A stretch of 12,749 nt of DNA, taken from assembly GCA_964645535.1 (NCBI GenBank), contig CAZYCQ010000058.1:1-12749 (forward strand), written 5' to 3'. Under the pieces are notes generated by a model. It was not told the origin of the DNA. It ran no database searches and was given only the letters and a program-made list of their open reading frames with translations. This document shows positions 8,599-12,749 of this stretch, in pieces. How positions within the stretch are numbered: the first letter of the stretch is position 1; the number at the start of each line of letters is the position of its first letter. A program made the translations under genes and the position numbers. The DNA comes from an uncultured archaeon. GTDB taxonomy: Archaea; Asgardarchaeota; Heimdallarchaeia; Heimdallarchaeales; Kariarchaeaceae.

Positions 8599-8615
8599 GG
8601 GAAACCTTGATTAAT
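8599..8615 (+). promoter_or_regulatory. Putative BRE/TATA-like promoter of the alpha2delta-like operon
   Basis: GGGAAACCTTGATTAAT ends 23 nt before ATG 8639; no SD motif. Confidence 0.5.
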
Positions 8616-8638
8616 GTCGTCTCCCTTTCATCAATATC

Positions 8639-10771
8639 ATGGAAAACAATTTGCAGGATCTTGACGCAAGACTAAAGCAAATTACAACAGTTGTTTTAGC
8701 TGCAATCTATACAACGATTACTGATCTTGCACCAGATTCCATCACTATCCTTCCCAATGTTGAAATCAGTAGTGATGGATTTGGTCTTTTAATATTGGGA
8801 ACTGGTGCAATGATTTTTGGAAAAGGAATTGGAGCTTCCTCCGCGGGATTAGGGGTATTGTTCAATGAATTCAAAGTAGTGCTTGATGGCTCACCCCTTC
8901 CCAGCATAAATTTGGGACTCATTTTCAGTACCCTCACCTTGTCATTTAGTACTTGGTTGACTGGATTTCTTGAAAATTCAAGAGTCGGAGATTTCATACC
9001 TGAAGAATTTGGAGAGCTCAAATCTAGAAAGGAAATTACCAAGCTGGTGAGGAAAACCTTGGTCTCAATAGTGGGACTAAGTCTTGCAAACAATCTGGTA
9101 TATGCATATGGATCACAATTGATTGAAAATGCCCCCATTGGAACTGCAACTCCATTGTTCCTTGAAAGTTTTCTTAGAGATGCGGTATTGTTGACCTTAG
9201 GACTACCGGTAGTCCTTATAGGATTTGATATGATTGAGATCTATAATGCCAAGAAAGCAAGGATACTTGAAGAGCTCAACAAACAGATTGTCTACAAAAT
9301 AGAGGTCATGAAATCTGCCGAAATCATCAATGTTGAACTACCAGAAACTTCCCTTATTCAAGGAAAATGGACCCCAATCGTGGTTGAAATCATGAATCCC
9401 ACTGAAAGGAAAATAGCATTCAACATTGAAGCAGTTTTTTCAACCAAGTTTACACCTCATATGGACAAAACTCCTGCTTTAGAACCCGGTAAAGGATGGA
9501 GGCAGACATTTTTTGTGTTACCTCGGAAACAGGACAAGGTTATCGGAAGAATTCGTTTTACAGAAAGCAAACCTCCGAAATTCAAATATTCAGATCCCGA
9601 TGAAACAATTATCGAGATTGAAGCCAAGACAAGGAATCCTTCTGGATTTACATCGGCAATTGTCGGCTTGAGTGGCATGAACTTTGGTGTGCTAGGTCTC
9701 TCAGTCATTTGGGAACAGATATTGGAATATGTTTCCAATCCAAACCTGCTTCTCAAGCAAGTTGAGGAAACCATTCAGGTAATCGGAAACGTAATCATTG
9801 CAGAACTTGTCCTGTTTATGGCCCTTATCAGTGCACAGGTTGTCAATCTTCAAAGAAAATCCAAGGAATACACCACCAAAATTAGCTTTTCAAATGATCT
9901 GGATGATCAGGTAATTGAGGAAATTGCTCAAAAAGGATTAAGGGTGATCTTGGCAAAATACGGGAATTTTGCCACAACCTTATTCCGAGGTCTTATTGGA
10001 CTATCAACGATTTTAATAATTGGATTTTTCGGTCGTGAAGCTTTCATTTCAGCAACTCAGCCCAACTATGAAGTTGTGTCCAACAGCCAAGTTGCCTTCA
10101 TTGGAGCTGGAGCTATTGCCATTTGGATCGTTGGATTTCGTGGACTGCAAATCATGAATGAATTAACACAGAAATCTACAGTTGCTACAAGAACAGATGA
10201 TAAGTTCATTCTTGACTTCAAACCATTGGGGGACATTCAATTTGATAAACCTGTTGAGGCAATTGTTCGTGTCCGAAACATTTCAGAATATCCTGGTATC
10301 CGAATAAAATTTGAAAGTGAATCCAGTATTGCCCCACCGATTGTGGAATCTCATATTAGGTCTGGTGAAATCGCCCAGTTCAAAATTGTGATGACTGCTG
10401 TCCAAGGCGCCTCTCGCGAGGTACTTGCACTTGCCTATCCTCTCTTCGACGCAAAGGAAAGATATCTTCCTTTTGAGGAGACAGAACCGATCGCGAGGCA
10501 GGAAATTTTCTTTGAGGCCACGGGACAATCTGCGTTAGGTGTCTCAAAAGATCAGGAGAAAAAACTAAAAACTATTGGGATAATTGTCACAGGATTTACT
10601 GGTATCATTACAGCTTTTGGTCAAATTTTCCAAATCGGATCCGCGGTGGATTTCATCGCAGACAATGCATCAACAATTTTAGGACTTCAGGTTCCTTTCC
10701 TTGCAGCATATTATCGAATATCATCATTTATCAAAAATAGGAAATCCGCACCAGGAGGTATTGAAATATGA
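8639..10771 (+). CDS. Polytopic membrane protein: ECF S-component-like N-terminal domain plus two beta-sandwich/TM-hairpin modules
   Basis: About 11-12 hydrophobic segments. The N-terminus (VVLAAIY..ITILPNVEI..AMIFGKGIGASSAGLGVLFNE) resembles S-component helices 1-3. Two soluble beta-rich segments align with each other. The CDS is secure; the product call is tentative. Confidence 0.8.
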   Translation: MENNLQDLDARLKQITTVVLAAIYTTITDLAPDSITILPNVEISSDGFGLLILGTGAMIFGKGIGASSAGLGVLFNEFKVVLDGSPLPSINLGLIFSTLTLSFSTWLTGFLENSRVGDFIPEEFGELKSRKEITKLVRKTLVSIVGLSLANNLVYAYGSQLIENAPIGTATPLFLESFLRDAVLLTLGLPVVLIGFDMIEIYNAKKARILEELNKQIVYKIEVMKSAEIINVELPETSLIQGKWTPIVVEIMNPTERKIAFNIEAVFSTKFTPHMDKTPALEPGKGWRQTFFVLPRKQDKVIGRIRFTESKPPKFKYSDPDETIIEIEAKTRNPSGFTSAIVGLSGMNFGVLGLSVIWEQILEYVSNPNLLLKQVEETIQVIGNVIIAELVLFMALISAQVVNLQRKSKEYTTKISFSNDLDDQVIEEIAQKGLRVILAKYGNFATTLFRGLIGLSTILIIGFFGREAFISATQPNYEVVSNSQVAFIGAGAIAIWIVGFRGLQIMNELTQKSTVATRTDDKFILDFKPLGDIQFDKPVEAIVRVRNISEYPGIRIKFESESSIAPPIVESHIRSGEIAQFKIVMTAVQGASREVLALAYPLFDAKERYLPFEETEPIARQEIFFEATGQSALGVSKDQEKKLKTIGIIVTGFTGIITAFGQIFQIGSAVDFIADNASTILGLQVPFLAAYYRISSFIKNRKSAPGGIEI
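10753..10759 (+). promoter_or_regulatory. Shine-Dalgarno motif AGGAGGT
   Basis: 8 nt before ATG 10768, which overlaps the upstream stop (ATGA). Confidence 0.75.
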
Positions 10772-12570
10772 AAAAAGATTTGGCATTCGCATTCCTCCTT
10801 CTCCTTTCCCTAATAGCGGGAGGAACTCTAACCTTTTTTGCCTATACACAACCACAAATAAAACTTAATCCTGCTTTTGAAGGTAATGCCCTCACAACAA
10901 CCTCACAATTAAATGAAAAGATAGAAAAGGAACTCTTTGATTTATTTCGAGAATATGAAGGAATTGGCGGGTCTTTGAAACAAGCGATCAAAGAAGCATA
11001 TATCTTTGGTCTTGATGGTCAAGGCAAAGGAATCTATTACCATAATCCTTCAGTACTCGGTGCTCCTCCCAATCTGAAGGAAGATGATGATTACAACCGA
11101 GTAATATCAAAAGAAGGGGCTTCTGTTTATTTTCTACCTTCTGCATTTGAAAACGAGTATGCAGATACATATCTGAATTCGGAAACTGAAACCGAAAACC
11201 CCTTCAGCCATCTCAAAAGTGATGTCTATGAAGATTTCAACAGGTCATCCGTACTATTTGACCTAATGAAGCCCAACCTGAGAAAAGAGATCTCATTCAT
11301 AAGATATGCTTCTAGATCGGGCTTTCTCTTTACCTACCCTTATGTTTCCTATGACAAATCCTATGATTTTACAGAAGACCACTGGTATCAAAGCGGAATT
11401 AGCGGTGCAAAGGATATTGTATTCGCAATCGATACTTCAGGTTCACTGAATGTCTCTCATTTTGAAGCCATCAAAAACGCTACTGGACAGATCATTGATT
11501 CACTTTCATCCACCGATAGGTTCTCCATTGTAGCCTTTTCTGACAGAATCAATAAACTTTCTCCAAGATTACTTGTTGCAACCGAAGCAAACAAGGAATT
11601 GGCTGTCAAGTTCATCGAAAATCTGAGACTTGGAGGTCTCTCTGATCTCAGTGGTGGAACGACAGAGGCACTCAACATTATTTCAAATTTCGGTTATAGA
11701 AGGAATGAACGTATTTTGCTAACTTTTACTGATGGATATCCCAACAGTGGGGTCATCGGTAATGAATCACTTGCAGAAACAATCAACAAAGAGAATGGTG
11801 TTGCTCAAGCCAAACTAGTCTATTTTGGCGTGAATGATAAGGTTAATCTTCCTCTCTTGACATTTCTCGAAAATGCAACTGATGGACAGTTTCAGTTAGC
11901 CAATTCCAGTGACCTCATTCTTGACCTTGTACCACAATATTCTTCAATAATCGGGGAATCCCATACGGAATTCGTAACATGGAGTGCACCAAAGATCGAT
12001 GCCAAAATGAGACGGATAGAAGTTAACCTTTCAATGTCTGTAGTGGTTCAGGATAAGGTAGTAGGAATTCTTAATTTGGAAATCGATCTCAATCCATTCC
12101 TTGAGATCCTAAAAGAAAACATGAATTTTGCAGGTCAGGAAAGCTTTGTAATTACAGTCGGACGTTCTACTTTTGCTCATCTGGACTACCAATTTGCTGA
12201 TTTAAGAGATCCACAATCGACTGATGTACCTAAACAAATTGAAGATATTTTGTTTGAATCGCCTGACTTCGATGGATCCTACAGGTCTTTCCTTAGAGGA
12301 ACCTTTCAACAAGGAATTATTCAGGATATTGATGGAAATCAGTATTACCTCGTCCTTTCAAATCTTGGTCAAACAGGACTCACCTTGGGAACGACAATTC
12401 CAAGAGATGTCTTAATTCCAAAGACAGCCGTTGAAAAGCTTGGAGGATTGGAAGCAACTCCTGAAACATTTACAGGGATGTTGCCTGTTTTTGGCGCATC
12501 AGTTTTTGTAGCTTTGGTAATATTTCTTCTGCGGAAACGACTATTGAAGGAGGTTGATGATAATGAGTGA
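10768..12570 (+). CDS. Alpha2delta/CACHD1-like membrane-anchored protein (VWA_N + VWA inserted in dCache_1)
   Basis: N-terminal signal or anchor. The Cache pocket start ([21 protein letters not shown]) is followed immediately by a VWA domain ([27 protein letters not shown]). Cache resumes at [20 protein letters not shown], followed by the proximal module (SFVIT..[15 protein letters not shown]) and a C-terminal TM helix with RKR. Confidence 0.88.
   Translation: [600 protein letters not shown]
12548..12554 (+). promoter_or_regulatory. Shine-Dalgarno motif AGGAGGT
   Basis: 8 nt before ATG 12563; identical motif and spacing to the previous junction. Confidence 0.75.
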
Positions 12571-12749
12571 AGATCCATTTAAAGGAAACATCCCTGATGA
12601 GGATGAAACAAAGAAAATCCAAGAACAAGTGGAACAGCAGACTGAAGAAATCCAAGAACAAGTGGAACAACAGACTGAAGAAGTCCAAAAACAAATTGAA
12701 GAACAAATCCAAGACCAAGTTCAGGAAAGCCTGCCTCAACCTGAAGTAG
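12563..12749 (+). CDS. Hypothetical protein, N-terminal fragment with acidic Q/E-rich 11-residue repeats; runs off window
   Basis: ATG 12563 overlaps the upstream gene by 8 bp and has a strong SD. It reads MSEDPFKGNIPDEDETKKIQEQVEQQTEEIQEQVEQQTEEVQKQIEEQIQDQVQESLPQPEV with no stop. Confidence 0.85.
   Translation, partial: MSEDPFKGNIPDEDETKKIQEQVEQQTEEIQEQVEQQTEEVQKQIEEQIQDQVQESLPQPEV
12617..12706 (+). repeat. 33-bp in-frame tandem repeat (2 near-identical copies plus a degenerate partial third)
   Basis: ATCCAAGAACAAGTGGAACA[G/A]CAGACTGAAGAA at 12617-12649 and 12650-12682, with one synonymous mismatch. A degenerate copy starts at 12683. Confidence 0.9.

Noticed and set aside
8639-10771. 710-aa protein as a voltage-gated channel alpha subunit partnering the alpha2delta-like protein
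   Set aside because: No S4 arginine ladder or recognisable pore-loop/selectivity-filter motif seen.
12617-12706. 33-bp direct repeats as a possible CRISPR array
   Set aside because: Repeats are contiguous with no spacers, are in-frame coding, and no cas genes are visible.
12470-12739. Minus-strand 89-aa hydrophobic repeat ORF (LFLDFFSLLFH)
   Set aside because: Antisense shadow of the purine-rich 33-bp repeat; overlaps two better-supported genes.
12567-12749. ORF-track 60-aa Lys-rich protein (MKIHLKETSL...)
   Set aside because: Shifted-frame reading of the Q/E repeat. The frame from ATG 12563 has the correctly spaced SD, and the repeat mismatch is synonymous only in that plus-strand frame of the two.

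Overview
Gene-dense, AT-rich window that looks archaeal and is plausibly Asgard/Heimdallarchaeia. This is inferred from TATA-like boxes about 20-23 nt before the start codons of first-in-operon genes, SD motifs only at internal overlapping junctions, many N-X-S/T sequons in exported domains and a CTERM-like sorting tail. The minus-strand left half encodes an MsbA/ABCB-type ABC exporter (3'-truncated, absent from the ORF track), a MacB/LolCDE-type permease plus ATPase, an alpha/beta hydrolase and a 189-aa orphan. The plus-strand right half starts with a surface-anchored GIFT(GldG/IFT52-like)-Ig-EEP phosphoesterase. It then has a translationally coupled operon of at least 3 genes: (i) a 710-aa polytopic membrane protein with an ECF S-component-like N-terminus and two repeated beta-sandwich+TM-hairpin modules; (ii) a 600-aa VWA_N-VWA-dCache protein colinear with the N-terminal half of eukaryotic calcium-channel alpha2delta/CACHD1 subunits, with an altered ligand pocket and no signalling output domain; (iii) a 3'-truncated gene starting with acidic 11-residue repeats, given in the wrong frame in the ORF track. 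This operon is the best candidate for an undescribed system. All homology calls are by eye against remembered family motifs; no searches were run.
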